From contig CAWELD010000003.1 in assembly GCA_963809895.1 (NCBI GenBank), positions 2,720,001 through 2,784,000 on the forward strand: a stretch of DNA of 64,000 bases, given 5' to 3'. Positions 19,352 to 30,044 of this stretch are shown here, piece by piece. The translations under genes and the position numbers were made by a program. The notes below the pieces were generated by a model. The model worked only from the letters and a program-made list of their open reading frames with translations, made no database searches and was not told the origin of the DNA. Origin of the DNA: an uncultured Gemmatimonadales bacterium (GTDB lineage Bacteria > Gemmatimonadota > Gemmatimonadetes > Longimicrobiales > Gaopeijiaceae). Each line of letters starts with the position of its first letter. The first letter of the stretch is position 1.

Positions 19352-21039
19352 CAATCGTGCACCTGGATGGCACCGGCCGCGATGGGCTCGGGCGCCTCCG
19401 TGTCGAAGACCACGGCACCGTCGGACAGGGTCTCGATGCGCATGCGGAAGGTGTCCCGTCCGCCGGCCCCGTCGCCGTCGCCGGCCCACAGCGTGAAGCG
19501 GTAGCCCGGCTCACCGTTCACGGTGCCCAGGCCCGCGAGCACCCCGGCGTCCGCATCCACGACCATCCAGGACAGCTCGGTGCTCTCGAAGGTCAGGCCC
19601 CGGGCGCGCGCCACCAGCTCGGCGCTGCCCTTGGGGGCGTTCGCGTTCTTCTTGTAGCGGGCCTCGAAACCGAAGCGCATGCGCGCCGCGGGCCCGCCGG
19701 CGTCGCTCTCGATCCATCCGTGGCCCGTCATGAAACCGGCGGCGGGGTCGAAGGCCGCAAGCGGCACACACGCGGGCTCTCCGGTGTTCCCGCCGCCGTC
19801 GGTGCTGCGGACGCAGAGCTGGTAGGTTCCGGGTGCGGACGGCGTGATCGTGGCCTCCACGGCCTCGGATACGGCGTCGAAGGCGCCGTCCGCGGCGGTC
19901 GCGTCCATCCAGGCGCCGTCGTCGAGTACGAAGTCGGGCCCCGCCACGAGCTGCACCTCGGCTCCCGCGATGGCCGAGCCGCCGGTGCCCGCGTCGTCGG
20001 CGATGGCCGACACGTCCACGCTGGTTCCCACCTGAACGGCTTCCGGCGACACCGTCACGTCTCGCGTGAGGGGACCCTCGTCGTCACCCCCCACCTCGAT
20101 GCGGACGACGGGCGTGATCCCGTCCCAGCATCCGTCTCGCCGGAACACGCCCACGCCACCGGTGCCACCGTCGCAGTACCAGTTGCCGAGGGCGGTATTC
20201 CAGAACGTGTAGTCGCTCTCGGCGTCCGAGCCGACGCTGGGCGGAGGTGAAGTCCCGTAGTTGGCGACACCCACGTTGAGCGCGTTGTACGGGCCCGGCA
20301 CCCCCACGGGTGAGGCGCCGTAGGTCTCCGTGTCGAAGGCGATGCCGAAGATCACCTCGTCGGGCAACTGCACGGCGGAGCCCGAGAAGTCGAAGGTGAG
20401 GGTGAGGGCCAACCCGCTCACGCAGGCGCCCAGCACCGGGTCGTACCACTGGCCGCCGAAGGGATAGTCGAAGGCCGGTGGATAACAGGCGGAGTCCCAA
20501 CTCGGCCGGAAGGGAATCGCGAAGGTCTCCGTGCGCGTGGCGAGCAGCGCCCCCACCGCGGGGGCCGATCCGCTGCGGTCCACGGCGTACAGGTTCACGG
20601 TGACCGGATGCGAAAAGGTGGCGCCCGCCGTGGTCACGCAGGCCTCGTCCGGAGCGCGGGTGTCGTCGTTCTCGCACGCCCACGAGGACATGCCCACGGT
20701 GACCGAGCGCAGCGTGCCGCCTGCGGTGAGGAGCACGTCGTCTCCCCACTCGGCGGTGCCGGTCGCCTGGAATCCCACGCTCGGATAGGAGCCCGGGAGC
20801 GGATCGGGGACCGCGTCGTACACCACGCTTCCGGACGAAGCCACCACCGACGCCCGCAGGAGCCGGGGGCCCGCCGACACCGGGCCTTGCGCGGGCCGGG
20901 CCGAGACCGGCGACAGGAGGTCTCCACGCGACGGCGTGGCGACCCTCACGTCCGACGCCCCGTCAGGGACCGTCGGGTTCACACCCTCGTGACAGCCCAC
21001 GAGGAGAATCGTAGCGAGAAGGGCACCGACCAGCCGCAT
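19351..21039 (-). CDS. Hypothetical lipoprotein with Cys-rich N-domain and C-terminal Ig/PKD-associated beta domain
   Basis: MRLVGALLATILLVGC lipobox; paired Cys; C-terminal GFMTGHGWI...FGFEARYKK...DTFRMRI. The longer ORF 5' extension overlaps the divergent gene. Confidence 0.8.
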   Translation of the reverse strand: MRLVGALLATILLVGCHEGVNPTVPDGASDVRVATPSRGDLLSPVSARPAQGPVSAGPRLLRASVVASSGSVVYDAVPDPLPGSYPSVGFQATGTAEWGDDVLLTAGGTLRSVTVGMSSWACENDDTRAPDEACVTTAGATFSHPVTVNLYAVDRSGSAPAVGALLATRTETFAIPFRPSWDSACYPPAFDYPFGGQWYDPVLGACVSGLALTLTFDFSGSAVQLPDEVIFGIAFDTETYGASPVGVPGPYNALNVGVANYGTSPPPSVGSDAESDYTFWNTALGNWYCDGGTGGVGVFRRDGCWDGITPVVRIEVGGDDEGPLTRDVTVSPEAVQVGTSVDVSAIADDAGTGGSAIAGAEVQLVAGPDFVLDDGAWMDATAADGAFDAVSEAVEATITPSAPGTYQLCVRSTDGGGNTGEPACVPLAAFDPAAGFMTGHGWIESDAGGPAARMRFGFEARYKKNANAPKGSAELVARARGLTFESTELSWMVVDADAGVLAGLGTVNGEPGYRFTLWAGDGDGAGGRDTFRMRIETLSDGAVVFDTEAPEPIAAGAIQVHD

Positions 21040-21298
21040 GGTAGGCCTCCGGAAGAATGAGCGTCTCCACAGCGAGGCACGGGACCAGCAAGATCTCCGC
21101 CGTCTCCGGGCGACGCGCGGCGGACCGCGGCACGCCGCCACGTGCAACAATCGGCGTTGCAGCGCGGCAACGTGGCGCCCTCGCCAGAAAGCGGCACCGG
21201 CGTGCCTCGTCCGGCAAAGGATGCCGAACGACGACCCTGGGCGAGAAACGGATGTTCCGAGCTTGACGCCACCCCACACGGGGGCGGAGCTTGCCCGG

Positions 21299-22468
21299 AT
21301 GCGTATCGATCCAGGAGACATCGAGCTGTGCGTGGCGGACGACGGCCCGGCGGGCCCGGCGGGCGAGGCTCCGGTCTCCACCCCCATCGTCCAGACCTCG
21401 CTTTTCGCCTTCCCCGACTTCCAGTCGCTCATGGACGGGTTGGCTTCAGAGGACACCACCCACGTCTACTCCCGGGGCCAGAACCCCACGGTGGAGGCCC
21501 TGGAATCGAAGCTCGCCCGCCTGGAGCGGGGGGAGTCCTGCAAGGCCTTCGCGTCGGGCATGGCCGCCATCAGCGCCGTCTTCATGGGCCTGCTGGAGGC
21601 CGGTGATCACATCGTCTTCGCGAACCACATCTACGGGCCCACGCTCCAGCTCGCGCGCCACCTGCGCCGTTTCGGCATCGAGCACGACGTGTGCCGCACC
21701 CTGGACCTGGACGAGGTCGCCCGGACCTGCCGGCCCCAGACGAAGCTCATCTGGGTCGAGAGCCCCGGCACCATGCTCTTCGGGGTGCTGGACCTGGAGG
21801 CGCTGGTGGCGCTGGCCCGCGGTCGTGGCATCACCACCGGCATCGACAACACCTGGGCCACGCCGCTCCTGCAGAAGCCGCTGGAGCTGGGCATGGACAT
21901 CTCCATGCACACGGCCACCAAGTACCTGGGTGGGCACAGCGACCTGGTGGCGGGCGCGGTGGTCACCGATCGCGAGCGCATGCGTCAGATCTTCTACAGG
22001 GCCTTCCTGCTGGGCGGAGGCGTCCTGGCGCCCTTCGACGCATGGCTCCTGCTGCGGGGGATGCGCACCCTCCCCGCGCGCCTGCGGCAGCACGAAGCCG
22101 ACGGCCTGGCCGTGGCGTCCTTCCTCCGCGAACACCCGGCGGTGCGCCGCGTGCACCACCCGGCCTTCGCCCATGACCGCGAGGTGGTGGAGCGCCACCT
22201 CTCTGGCTACACGGGGGTGTTCAGCCTCGAGCTGGAGCGGGACGACTTCGAGAGCGTGCGGCGCTTCATCGACGGGCTCGGCGTCTTCCGCATCGGCGTG
22301 AGCTGGGGCGGCGTGGAGAGCCTGGTCATCTCCCCGGCCCGCCCGGACAACGGCGCACGCCTCGACGCCGTGGGAATCCCCCGGGGACTGGTGCGTCTCT
22401 CGGTGGGGCTGGAGGGGGCCGACACGCTGATCGCGGATCTGGACTCTGCACTGGCCGGGATGTCGTGA
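21299..22468 (+). CDS. Cys/Met metabolism PLP-dependent enzyme (cystathionine gamma-synthase/lyase or methionine gamma-lyase family)
   Basis: [56 protein letters not shown]. Confidence 0.92.
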   Translation: MRIDPGDIELCVADDGPAGPAGEAPVSTPIVQTSLFAFPDFQSLMDGLASEDTTHVYSRGQNPTVEALESKLARLERGESCKAFASGMAAISAVFMGLLEAGDHIVFANHIYGPTLQLARHLRRFGIEHDVCRTLDLDEVARTCRPQTKLIWVESPGTMLFGVLDLEALVALARGRGITTGIDNTWATPLLQKPLELGMDISMHTATKYLGGHSDLVAGAVVTDRERMRQIFYRAFLLGGGVLAPFDAWLLLRGMRTLPARLRQHEADGLAVASFLREHPAVRRVHHPAFAHDREVVERHLSGYTGVFSLELERDDFESVRRFIDGLGVFRIGVSWGGVESLVISPARPDNGARLDAVGIPRGLVRLSVGLEGADTLIADLDSALAGMS

Positions 22469-23910
22469 CCGAGCCCCGGCGCACCCTCACCGTGGGAGAG
22501 GCGCTCCTCCCCATCCTCACCATGGTGGCCCTGTTCGTGGCCGGGGTCCTGTTCCTGGAGCCGTCCGGCGAGCTGCTGGTGGCGGTGCTGCTGTGCTCGG
22601 CGGCGGTGGCAGGCTGGATCGCGGCCCGGCACGGCGCCGGGTGGGACGCCATCCAGCGTGCCACCGGCGACAAGCTGGGCGAAGTGCTCCCGGCCATCCT
22701 CATCCTGCTGGTCATCGGCATGCTCATCGCCAGCTGGATCCTGTCGGGAACGATCCCCTACATGGTCTACTGGGGCGTACGGCTGGTGAGCCCCCGCTAC
22801 CTGGTGCTGACCGCTTTCCTGGCCACCGCCACCATGTCGCTCTTCACCGGCACGTCGTGGGGATCGGCGGGCACCATCGGCGTGGCGCTCATGGGTACGG
22901 CGGCGGCCCTGGGCGCGCCCGTGGCCGCCACCGCCGGGGCCGTGGTGTCCGGCGCCTACTTCGGCGACAAGATGTCGCCCCTGTCCGACTCGACGAACAT
23001 CGCCGCCATCGGCGCCGATGCGGAGCTGTACGCCCACATCCGCCACATGCTCTACACCGCCGTGCCCTCCTTCACGGTGTGCCTGGTGGTGTACACGCTG
23101 GAGGCACGCCTGACCGCCGGCGGCACCGGAGCGGGCACCGGGGGCGCGCGCGCCCTGCTGGGAGACATCGACAGCGTCTACCGGCTGAGCTGGATCGTGC
23201 TCATTCCACCGGCCATCGTGGTGTGGAGCATCGTGCGCCGGGTGCCGGCGGCGCTGGCCATCGCGCTCTCGTCGGTGGTGGCCATGATCATCGGCGTGGC
23301 GCTGCAGGGCTTCGGCGTCCAGGAGGCGGTAGTGGCCGCGGTGGGCGGCTTCCAGGCCGACATGGTGGCGGCGACCGGCGCCGATCCCTCGGCCCTGGGC
23401 CCCGACTTCCTGACGCTGGTGGAGCGGGGAGGGCTCTACGGAATGGCCCCGACGCTCATCGTGGTGATCTCGGCCTTCCTGCTGGCCGGAGCCATGGACG
23501 CCTCGGGATCGCTGGACCTCCTCATCGCCCGCCTCCTGGAGAGGGTGCGCTCCGTCTTCGGACTCATCGCCGCCACCATGACCGCCGGCGCCACCATGAT
23601 CGCCCTGACCAGCCACGGGGGCGTGACCTCGCTGGTTGTGGGCGGGCTGTTCCGTGGCGCGTACCGGGAGCGGGGGCTGGCCGCGGTGAACCTGTCCCGC
23701 TCCCTCGAGGACTCGGTCACCATCACGGAGCCCCTCATGCCCTGGACCGTCTCCGCGGTCTTCATGGCGACCACCCTGGGCGTGCCCACCATCCGCTACG
23801 CGCCCTGGGCGGTGTTCTGCTACGGCGGGCCGTTCTTCTCACTCCTCCTCGCCGCCCTGTACCGGCGGACCGGCTTCGGACTTCGCCGGCTGGAGCCGAC
23901 GGATGGGTAG
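22465..23910 (+). CDS. NhaC family transporter (probably amino-acid/methionine-related)
   Basis: GTSWGSAGTIG, SGAYFGDKMSPLSD, LSRSLED, LMPW; GTGA overlap with upstream gene. Confidence 0.9.
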   Translation: MTEPRRTLTVGEALLPILTMVALFVAGVLFLEPSGELLVAVLLCSAAVAGWIAARHGAGWDAIQRATGDKLGEVLPAILILLVIGMLIASWILSGTIPYMVYWGVRLVSPRYLVLTAFLATATMSLFTGTSWGSAGTIGVALMGTAAALGAPVAATAGAVVSGAYFGDKMSPLSDSTNIAAIGADAELYAHIRHMLYTAVPSFTVCLVVYTLEARLTAGGTGAGTGGARALLGDIDSVYRLSWIVLIPPAIVVWSIVRRVPAALAIALSSVVAMIIGVALQGFGVQEAVVAAVGGFQADMVAATGADPSALGPDFLTLVERGGLYGMAPTLIVVISAFLLAGAMDASGSLDLLIARLLERVRSVFGLIAATMTAGATMIALTSHGGVTSLVVGGLFRGAYRERGLAAVNLSRSLEDSVTITEPLMPWTVSAVFMATTLGVPTIRYAPWAVFCYGGPFFSLLLAALYRRTGFGLRRLEPTDG

Positions 23911-23976
23911 CCTGTCCGGCGGGTCTTGCGGCATACTCAGGGGCGTTCGCTCCCCTTCCCTCTTCCATGCCCGCCC

Positions 23977-24447
23977 GTGACGCCCAAGCGCTCCCCATCC
24001 GCACGCTCCAGCAAGCTCGTCCTCGTGGGATGGCGCGAATGGGTGGCGCTGCCCGACCTGGGGATCCCCCGGATCAAGGCGAAGATCGACACGGGGGCCC
24101 GATCCTCGTCGCTCCACGCCTACGACATCCGGCGCTTTCGCAGGAAAGGGCGCTCCATGGTGCGCTTCCGGGTGCATCCGATCCAGAAGAACACCCGGAC
24201 CACGGTAGAGGCCGAGGCGGAGCTCTTCGACCAGCGCAAGGTCCGCAGCTCGTCGGGTCAGGAGTCGCTACGCTGGGTGATCGTCACCGAGCTGGACGTC
24301 GGCGGACGGCGCCATCCCATCGAGATCACGCTGACCCGACGTGACGCCATGGGCTTCCGCATGCTGCTGGGCCGCCAGGCGCTTCGTCGGCGCTTCATGG
24401 TGGATCCGGGAGCCTCCTTCCTCGCCTCCTCCCCTCCCTCCCCATGA
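23977..24447 (+). CDS. RimK-associated retropepsin-like protease (RimB-like, annotated as ATP-dependent Zn protease)
   Basis: [30 protein letters not shown]...MGFRMLLGR; start approximate. Confidence 0.88.
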   Translation: MTPKRSPSARSSKLVLVGWREWVALPDLGIPRIKAKIDTGARSSSLHAYDIRRFRRKGRSMVRFRVHPIQKNTRTTVEAEAELFDQRKVRSSSGQESLRWVIVTELDVGGRRHPIEITLTRRDAMGFRMLLGRQALRRRFMVDPGASFLASSPPSP

Positions 24448-25406
24448 GAATCGGCATCCTCTCGCGCCGGGAATCGCTCTACTCCACCGGCAGACTCCGC
24501 GACGCAGCAGTCGAGCGCGGACACGAGGTTCGCATCGTCAACCCGCTGCGCTGCTACATGAACATCTCGGCCAAGCAGCCGAGGGTCATGTACCGGGGCG
24601 CGGAGCTGCACTTCGACGCCATCATCCCGCGCATCGGCGCCTCCATCACCTTCTACGGCATGGCTGTGGCCCGGCAGTTCGAGATGATGGGTGTCTTCTC
24701 CGTCGCCGAATCCCAGGCCATCGCCCGCTCCCGGGACAAGCTGCGTTCGCTGCAGCTCTTGTCGCGCGAGGGCATCGGCCTGCCGGTCACGGGATTCGCC
24801 CGCTCGCCCCGCGACGTCGCCGGGATCATCGGGCTGGTGGGCGGTGCGCCGCTGATCATCAAGCTCCTGGAAGGGACCCAGGGCAAGGGCGTGGTGCTCG
24901 CGGAGACCGGCAAGGCGGCCGAGTCGGTCATCGGCGCCTTCCAGCAGCTCGACGCCAACATCCTGGTCCAGGAGTACATCAAGGAGGCCAGCGGCTCCGA
25001 CCTGCGGGCGTTGGTCGTGGGCGGGCGCGTGGTGGCGTCCATGGAGCGGCATGCGGCTCCGGGGGAGTTCCGCTCCAACCTCCACCTCGGGGGGAGCGCC
25101 GACCCGGTCAAGCTGACCCCCAAGGAGCGCAACACCGCCATCCGCGCCGCCCGCATCCTGGGGCTCACCGTAGCCGGAGTGGACATGCTGCGCTCGAAGC
25201 GCGGGCCCGTGGTCATGGAGGTGAACTCGTCTCCCGGGCTGGAGGGCATCGAGACCGCCACCGGCGTGGACGTAGCCGGTGAGATCATCGAGTACATCGA
25301 AAGCCACGCAGCCCTGGGAGACGAGCACGAGCACGCGGCCCCCGACGGCCGCAAACGCCGCCCTCGGAGGCGCGGCGCGGCGAAGAGCGATGACGCCGAA
25401 GAGTGA
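24444..25406 (+). CDS. rimK: RimK family alpha-L-glutamate ligase
   Basis: [63 protein letters not shown]. Confidence 0.95.
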   Translation: MRIGILSRRESLYSTGRLRDAAVERGHEVRIVNPLRCYMNISAKQPRVMYRGAELHFDAIIPRIGASITFYGMAVARQFEMMGVFSVAESQAIARSRDKLRSLQLLSREGIGLPVTGFARSPRDVAGIIGLVGGAPLIIKLLEGTQGKGVVLAETGKAAESVIGAFQQLDANILVQEYIKEASGSDLRALVVGGRVVASMERHAAPGEFRSNLHLGGSADPVKLTPKERNTAIRAARILGLTVAGVDMLRSKRGPVVMEVNSSPGLEGIETATGVDVAGEIIEYIESHAALGDEHEHAAPDGRKRRPRRRGAAKSDDAEE

Positions 25407-26388
25407 CCTCGCCCCGGCGGCGCTCACCGTGGGCGACACCACGGTGGACCCGGGCACCAGGACCCGGATCGACCTGCCGGTGGCCCGCCTCACCACGGGC
25501 GCGTGGCTCCATCTTCCCGTCGAGGTGATCCACGGCGCACGGCCGGGCCCCACCATCTGGATGAGCGGTGCCGTCCACGGCGACGAGTTGGACGGCGTCG
25601 AGATCATCCGTCGCGTGCTCGAGAACGTGCGCACCCACGCCCTGGCCGGAACCGTGCTGGCCGTGCCCGTCGTCAACGTGTTCGGCGTCGTGGCCGAGAC
25701 CCGCTACCTGCCGGACCGCCGCGACCTGAACCGGTCGTTTCCCGGCTCGCAGCGCGGATCCATGGCTGCCCGCCTCGCGCATCTGTTCATGAAGGAGGTC
25801 GTGGCCCGCTGCTCGGTGGGATTGGATTTCCACTGTGGCTCCGACGATCGGGACAACCTCCCGCAGGTCCGCTGCGACCTCACCGACGACCAGACGCGCG
25901 CCCTCGCCCTGGCCTTCGGAGCTCCGGTGAGCATCCACGGCCGGCCCCCCGACGGAGCGTTGCGCAAGGCCGCGTCCAAGGCCGGGGCTCGGGTGATCCT
26001 CTACGAAGGCGGCGAGGCGCGCCGATTCACCGAGTCGGCCATCAGCACGGGGGTCGCCGGAACGCTGAGGGTGCTGCAGGCGCTGGGTATGCTGCCCGCC
26101 TCCGATGCCGACGACGCTCCCGCGACGGTGGAGGTGTACCGGACCCACTGGGTGCGCGCGGGCCGGAGCGGCATCCTGCGCCTGGACGTGGGGCTGGGCG
26201 AGGAGGTGGCCCGGGGACGCCGGCTCGGCGTCATCGCCGACACCTTCGGCGACGAAGGGCGACCCGTGCGGGCCCGCACCGCCGGTATCGTGGTGGGTCG
26301 GCGCATCAATCCCCTCGTCTATCAGGGTGAAGCCGTGGTGCACGTTGCGGAGCCCTCGGGGCAAGCGCCCGAAGGCGAGGCGCCGTGA
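25390..26388 (+). CDS. Succinylglutamate desuccinylase/aspartoacylase (AstE/AspA, M14-like) protein
   Basis: [28 protein letters not shown]-terminal lipoyl-like domain. Confidence 0.92.
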   Translation: MTPKSDLAPAALTVGDTTVDPGTRTRIDLPVARLTTGAWLHLPVEVIHGARPGPTIWMSGAVHGDELDGVEIIRRVLENVRTHALAGTVLAVPVVNVFGVVAETRYLPDRRDLNRSFPGSQRGSMAARLAHLFMKEVVARCSVGLDFHCGSDDRDNLPQVRCDLTDDQTRALALAFGAPVSIHGRPPDGALRKAASKAGARVILYEGGEARRFTESAISTGVAGTLRVLQALGMLPASDADDAPATVEVYRTHWVRAGRSGILRLDVGLGEEVARGRRLGVIADTFGDEGRPVRARTAGIVVGRRINPLVYQGEAVVHVAEPSGQAPEGEAP

Positions 26389-27725
26389 GCACGACCGGGT
26401 CTCCCATCGCCGCAGGCGCGCCCGCGCGGGGACTCACGCGCCAGCTGGGCATCAAGGACGGCCTCGCGGTGACGGTCGGCATCGTCATCGGCGTGGGAAT
26501 CCTGCGCACGCCGGGGCTCATCGCCGGGTACCTGCCCGGCCCATGGCTCATCCTGGGGGTGTGGGTGCTGGGCGGCGTGGTGGCGGCACTCAGCACCCTG
26601 GTGCTCGCCGAGATGGCGGCGGCCCTCCCCAGGGCCGGCGGCAAGTACGTGTACGCCCGGGAGGCCTGGGGTCCCACCATGGGGTTCGTGGCCGGCTGGT
26701 CCGAGCTCCTGGTCACCCGGGGATTCTCCGGCGCCGCCAAGGCCGTCGTCATCGCGGAATACCTCGTCCTCCTCCTGGACCGGGGCTCGGTGCGCCTCCT
26801 CGCCGCGGCGGTGGTCCTGGGGTTCGCGGCGCTGCACCTGGGCGGGCTCAAGGTGGGAACGCGCTTCCAGAACGTGACCACCGCCATCAAGATCCTGGTG
26901 ATCCTGGCGGTGGCGGCCGCCGGGCTGGCCGGCGGGGGCACGGCGAGCTTCAGCGGGGTGGAGGCAGCCGTGGCGGGACCGACGCTGCTGGGCTTCGCCC
27001 TCGCCTATCAGTCGGTGTCCTTCGCGTATTACGGCTGGGAAGACGCCGCCAAGATGTCCGAAGAGATTCGCGATCCGGAGCGGGTGCTACCCCGGGTGCT
27101 GGTCGGGGGAGCGCTGGTGGTGGCGCTGCTGTACCTGCTCATGAACGTGTCCTTCCTGGCGGCGTTGACGCCGGCGCAGATGGCCGGCTCGGCGCTGGTG
27201 GCCCAGGACGCCACCGCCGCGGTGTTCGGCGACTCGGCGGGGACCGTGGTGTTGGTGGCGAGCCTCCTCATTCTCATCAGCAGCGCCAACGTCAACTTCC
27301 TGGGACTGCCCCGGGTGGCCTTCGGGCTGGCCCGGGACCGGCTGGCGCCCCGGGCGTTCACCCGGGTCAGCCGACGCGGTACCCCCGCGCCGGCCCTCTA
27401 CTTCATCACCGCCGTCATCCTGGCGCTGGCGCTCAGCGGATCCATCGAGTTCCTGATCCGCTTCATGATGATGGTGGCGATCTCGGTGGACACCATGGTG
27501 CTGCTCGGGTACTTCAGGCTGCGTCGACGCCACCCCGAGCTGGCCCGGCCGTTCCGCGTGCCGCTGCACCCGTGGTTGCCGGCCCTCACGGTGCTCCTGT
27601 ACGTGCTCATCCTGGCCATCCTGGTGGGTACCCAGCCCGAGTTGGCGGTGGGCGGCGGGCTGATGCTCGCGGGCCTCGTGGTCGCGGGATGGCTCGTGGC
27701 GCGGCGCGCGGGAGCCACAGTGTGA
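26385..27725 (+). CDS. APC family amino acid permease
   Basis: VIGVGILRTPG, AEMAAALPRAGGKYVY, FAYYGWE, EEIRDP, RPFRVP. Confidence 0.92.
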   Translation: MSTTGSPIAAGAPARGLTRQLGIKDGLAVTVGIVIGVGILRTPGLIAGYLPGPWLILGVWVLGGVVAALSTLVLAEMAAALPRAGGKYVYAREAWGPTMGFVAGWSELLVTRGFSGAAKAVVIAEYLVLLLDRGSVRLLAAAVVLGFAALHLGGLKVGTRFQNVTTAIKILVILAVAAAGLAGGGTASFSGVEAAVAGPTLLGFALAYQSVSFAYYGWEDAAKMSEEIRDPERVLPRVLVGGALVVALLYLLMNVSFLAALTPAQMAGSALVAQDATAAVFGDSAGTVVLVASLLILISSANVNFLGLPRVAFGLARDRLAPRAFTRVSRRGTPAPALYFITAVILALALSGSIEFLIRFMMMVAISVDTMVLLGYFRLRRRHPELARPFRVPLHPWLPALTVLLYVLILAILVGTQPELAVGGGLMLAGLVVAGWLVARRAGATV

Positions 27726-28267
27726 CGGCTTCGCTCGAGCACGCCCTCCGGGCGCTGGAGACGCTGGAGATCACCCATGTGGTCGGCATCCCGGACAACA
27801 CGTCGGGCCCACTCTTCCATGCGCTCGCCAGCGCCACCGGGCCGGGGCCCCGTCTCGTCACCGTGAGCCGTGAGGGCGAGGGCATCGCCCTGGCCTCGGG
27901 CCTGTGGCTGGGAGGCGCCCGGCCTCTGGTGGTGCTGCAGAGCACGGGCCTCATGGAATCGGGCGACGCGCTGCGGGGCACCGCCGTGCGCATGGGCGCG
28001 CCCCTGCCGCTGCTGGTCACGGGCCGGGGGTACGCCAAGCTGGCACGGGCCGGGCTCGAGACCGACGAAGCGCTCACACCGGAGCTCCTCACCCGTCCGG
28101 ACGTGGATTCTGCGGCGCTGCTGGCGGAGCGCACGCTCGATGCCTGGGGGATTCCGTATCGGCGGGTCGCGGGCAGCGAAGCCGGTGAAGGGCTGCTCGA
28201 GGTCACCCGCCAGGCGCGGGCCGAGAGCCGGCCCGTGGCTCTCCTGGTCACCAGCGGCCTGGACTGA
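27722..28267 (+). CDS. ThDP-dependent decarboxylase alpha (PYR) subunit, ComD/phosphonopyruvate decarboxylase-like
   Basis: VVGIPD, VSREGEGIALASGLWLGG, LQSTGL; GTGA overlap with permease stop. Confidence 0.8.
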   Translation: MTASLEHALRALETLEITHVVGIPDNTSGPLFHALASATGPGPRLVTVSREGEGIALASGLWLGGARPLVVLQSTGLMESGDALRGTAVRMGAPLPLLVTGRGYAKLARAGLETDEALTPELLTRPDVDSAALLAERTLDAWGIPYRRVAGSEAGEGLLEVTRQARAESRPVALLVTSGLD

Positions 28268-28269
28268 TC

Positions 28270-28863
28270 GTGCTCACCACCGACCAGCTTCTCGGGCCTC
28301 TGGCCCGCCTGCGCACCGACGAGGTGGTGGTCACCACCATGAGCGTGACGCGGCCCTGGGGGCTGCTCTCGGACCACGACCTGGACTTCGCGTCGGCCGA
28401 TTCGGCCATGGGCCACGCGGCGGACCTGGCCCTCGGGGTCGCCCTGGCGCGGCCGGACCGCCGCGTGATCTGCCTCAACGGGGACGGCAGCATGCTCATG
28501 ACGCTGGGCACGCTGGCCACCGCGGCGGGCGAGGACGCCGACAACTTCGTCCTGTTCGTGGTGGACAACGGCAGCTTCGAGATCACCGGGCACCAGGCGG
28601 TGGCCGGACGGGGACGCGTGGACTACGCGGCCATGGCCCGGGCCGCGGGATTCGCGCGGGTCTATCGCTTCGACGACGCGGAGGCCTATCAGGCCACGCT
28701 GCCCGAGATCCTCCGCGGTGCCGGCCCCACCCTGGTGCACGTGGAGGTGGCGCCCGGTAGCCAGGGCCCCATCAGCCGCAGCGCCGCCGAGCCTTCCCGT
28801 TACCTTCAGTCGTCCCTGGCCCGGTGGTCTCGAACCTTCCGGTCCGCGCTGGACGTGCGTTGA
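28270..28863 (+). CDS. ThDP-dependent decarboxylase beta (PP) subunit, ComE-like
   Basis: SAMGHA..LALGVALARPDRRVICLNGDGSMLM...DNG ThDP-binding motif. Confidence 0.85.
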   Translation: MLTTDQLLGPLARLRTDEVVVTTMSVTRPWGLLSDHDLDFASADSAMGHAADLALGVALARPDRRVICLNGDGSMLMTLGTLATAAGEDADNFVLFVVDNGSFEITGHQAVAGRGRVDYAAMARAAGFARVYRFDDAEAYQATLPEILRGAGPTLVHVEVAPGSQGPISRSAAEPSRYLQSSLARWSRTFRSALDVR

Positions 28864-28904
28864 TACCGCTCGATCCGCTGACAAGCCTCCAAAGGAGCCC
28901 TTTC

Positions 28905-30044
28905 GTGCACTACGTGGTACTGGGAGGCGGGCGCGTGGGCGCCGCCATCGCGCGTGACCTGGCCGCCGAGCCCGACGCCCGCGTGACGGTGGCCGACGTG
29001 GATCCGGCGGTGGTGGACGCCCTGGGAGCGGTGCCGGGAATCGCGGGCGTGCAAGCCGACCTGTCGCGCCCGGACGTCGTGCGCGACACGGCCGCCTCGG
29101 GCGATGTGGTGGTGGGCGCGGTGCCGGGCTGGATGGGGCTGGCCACGGCACGTGCGGTGCTGGCGGCAGGCCGACCCCTCGTGGACATCTCCTTCTTTCC
29201 GGAAGACGCCCGGGAGCTGGACGCGCCGGCCCGCTCCGCCGGCGTGCCCGCGCTGGTGGACTGTGGCGTGGCGCCCGGGCTCTCGAACCTGGTCGTGGGC
29301 CACCTGGAAGCGACCCTGGACGAGGTGCACCGATTCCGCTGCATGGTGGGCGGCCTCCCGGTGGAGCGGCACTGGCCCTGGGAGTACAAGGCGCCGTTCT
29401 CGCCGGCCGACGTCATCGAAGAGTACACCCGCCCGGCCCGCTTGCGGCGCGAGGGCCGCGAGATCGTCCTCCCGGCACTCTCCGAGGTGGAGCGCGTGGA
29501 CGTGCCGGGAGTGGGCACGCTGGAGGCCTTCAACACCGACGGCCTGCGTACGCTGCTCCACACCTCGTCCATTCCGGAGCTGTCGGAGAAGACGCTCCGC
29601 TACCCCGGACACGCCGAACGAATGGCGGCGCTCAGGGATGCCGGCTTCTTCGACACCGAGCCCCTGAGGGTGGGGGGCGCGGAGGTCCGCCCCCGGGACG
29701 TCACGGAACGCCTCCTCTTCGAGGCCTGGCACCTCGACCAGGGCGAGGACGAGCTCACCGTCATGCTCATGGAGGCGGAGGGCGTCCGGGACGGCCGCCG
29801 GGAGCGGCACGTCTTCCAGCTCCTGGACCGCTACGATCCCGACACCGACACCAGCTCCATGGCCCGCACCACCGGCTACACCTGCACCGGAATGGCGCGT
29901 CTGGTCGCCAGCGGAGCGTGGAGCCGGCCCGGCATGGCCCCGCCGGAAATCGTCGGCCGTGACGCCGACTGCTTCAACGCCGTGCGGGCCCACCTCGCCG
30001 AACGGGGCATCGTCCTCGAGCACGCGGTGGAAGCGCTGGGCTGA
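28905..30044 (+). CDS. Saccharopine dehydrogenase / lysine 6-dehydrogenase family protein
   Basis: RBS AAAGGAG then GTG; LGGGRVG, DCGVAPGLSN, VGGLP, LEAFNTDGL, KTLRYPGH, SMARTTG. Confidence 0.9.
   Translation: MHYVVLGGGRVGAAIARDLAAEPDARVTVADVDPAVVDALGAVPGIAGVQADLSRPDVVRDTAASGDVVVGAVPGWMGLATARAVLAAGRPLVDISFFPEDARELDAPARSAGVPALVDCGVAPGLSNLVVGHLEATLDEVHRFRCMVGGLPVERHWPWEYKAPFSPADVIEEYTRPARLRREGREIVLPALSEVERVDVPGVGTLEAFNTDGLRTLLHTSSIPELSEKTLRYPGHAERMAALRDAGFFDTEPLRVGGAEVRPRDVTERLLFEAWHLDQGEDELTVMLMEAEGVRDGRRERHVFQLLDRYDPDTDTSSMARTTGYTCTGMARLVASGAWSRPGMAPPEIVGRDADCFNAVRAHLAERGIVLEHAVEALG

Noticed and set aside
21040..21298. SAM riboswitch upstream of the Cys/Met lyase and NhaC genes
   Set aside because: Conserved SAM-I core sequences were not found.
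27722..28863. Coenzyme M or phosphonate biosynthesis
   Set aside because: No comA/B/C, cysteate synthase or PEP mutase in the window; only family-level similarity can be supported.
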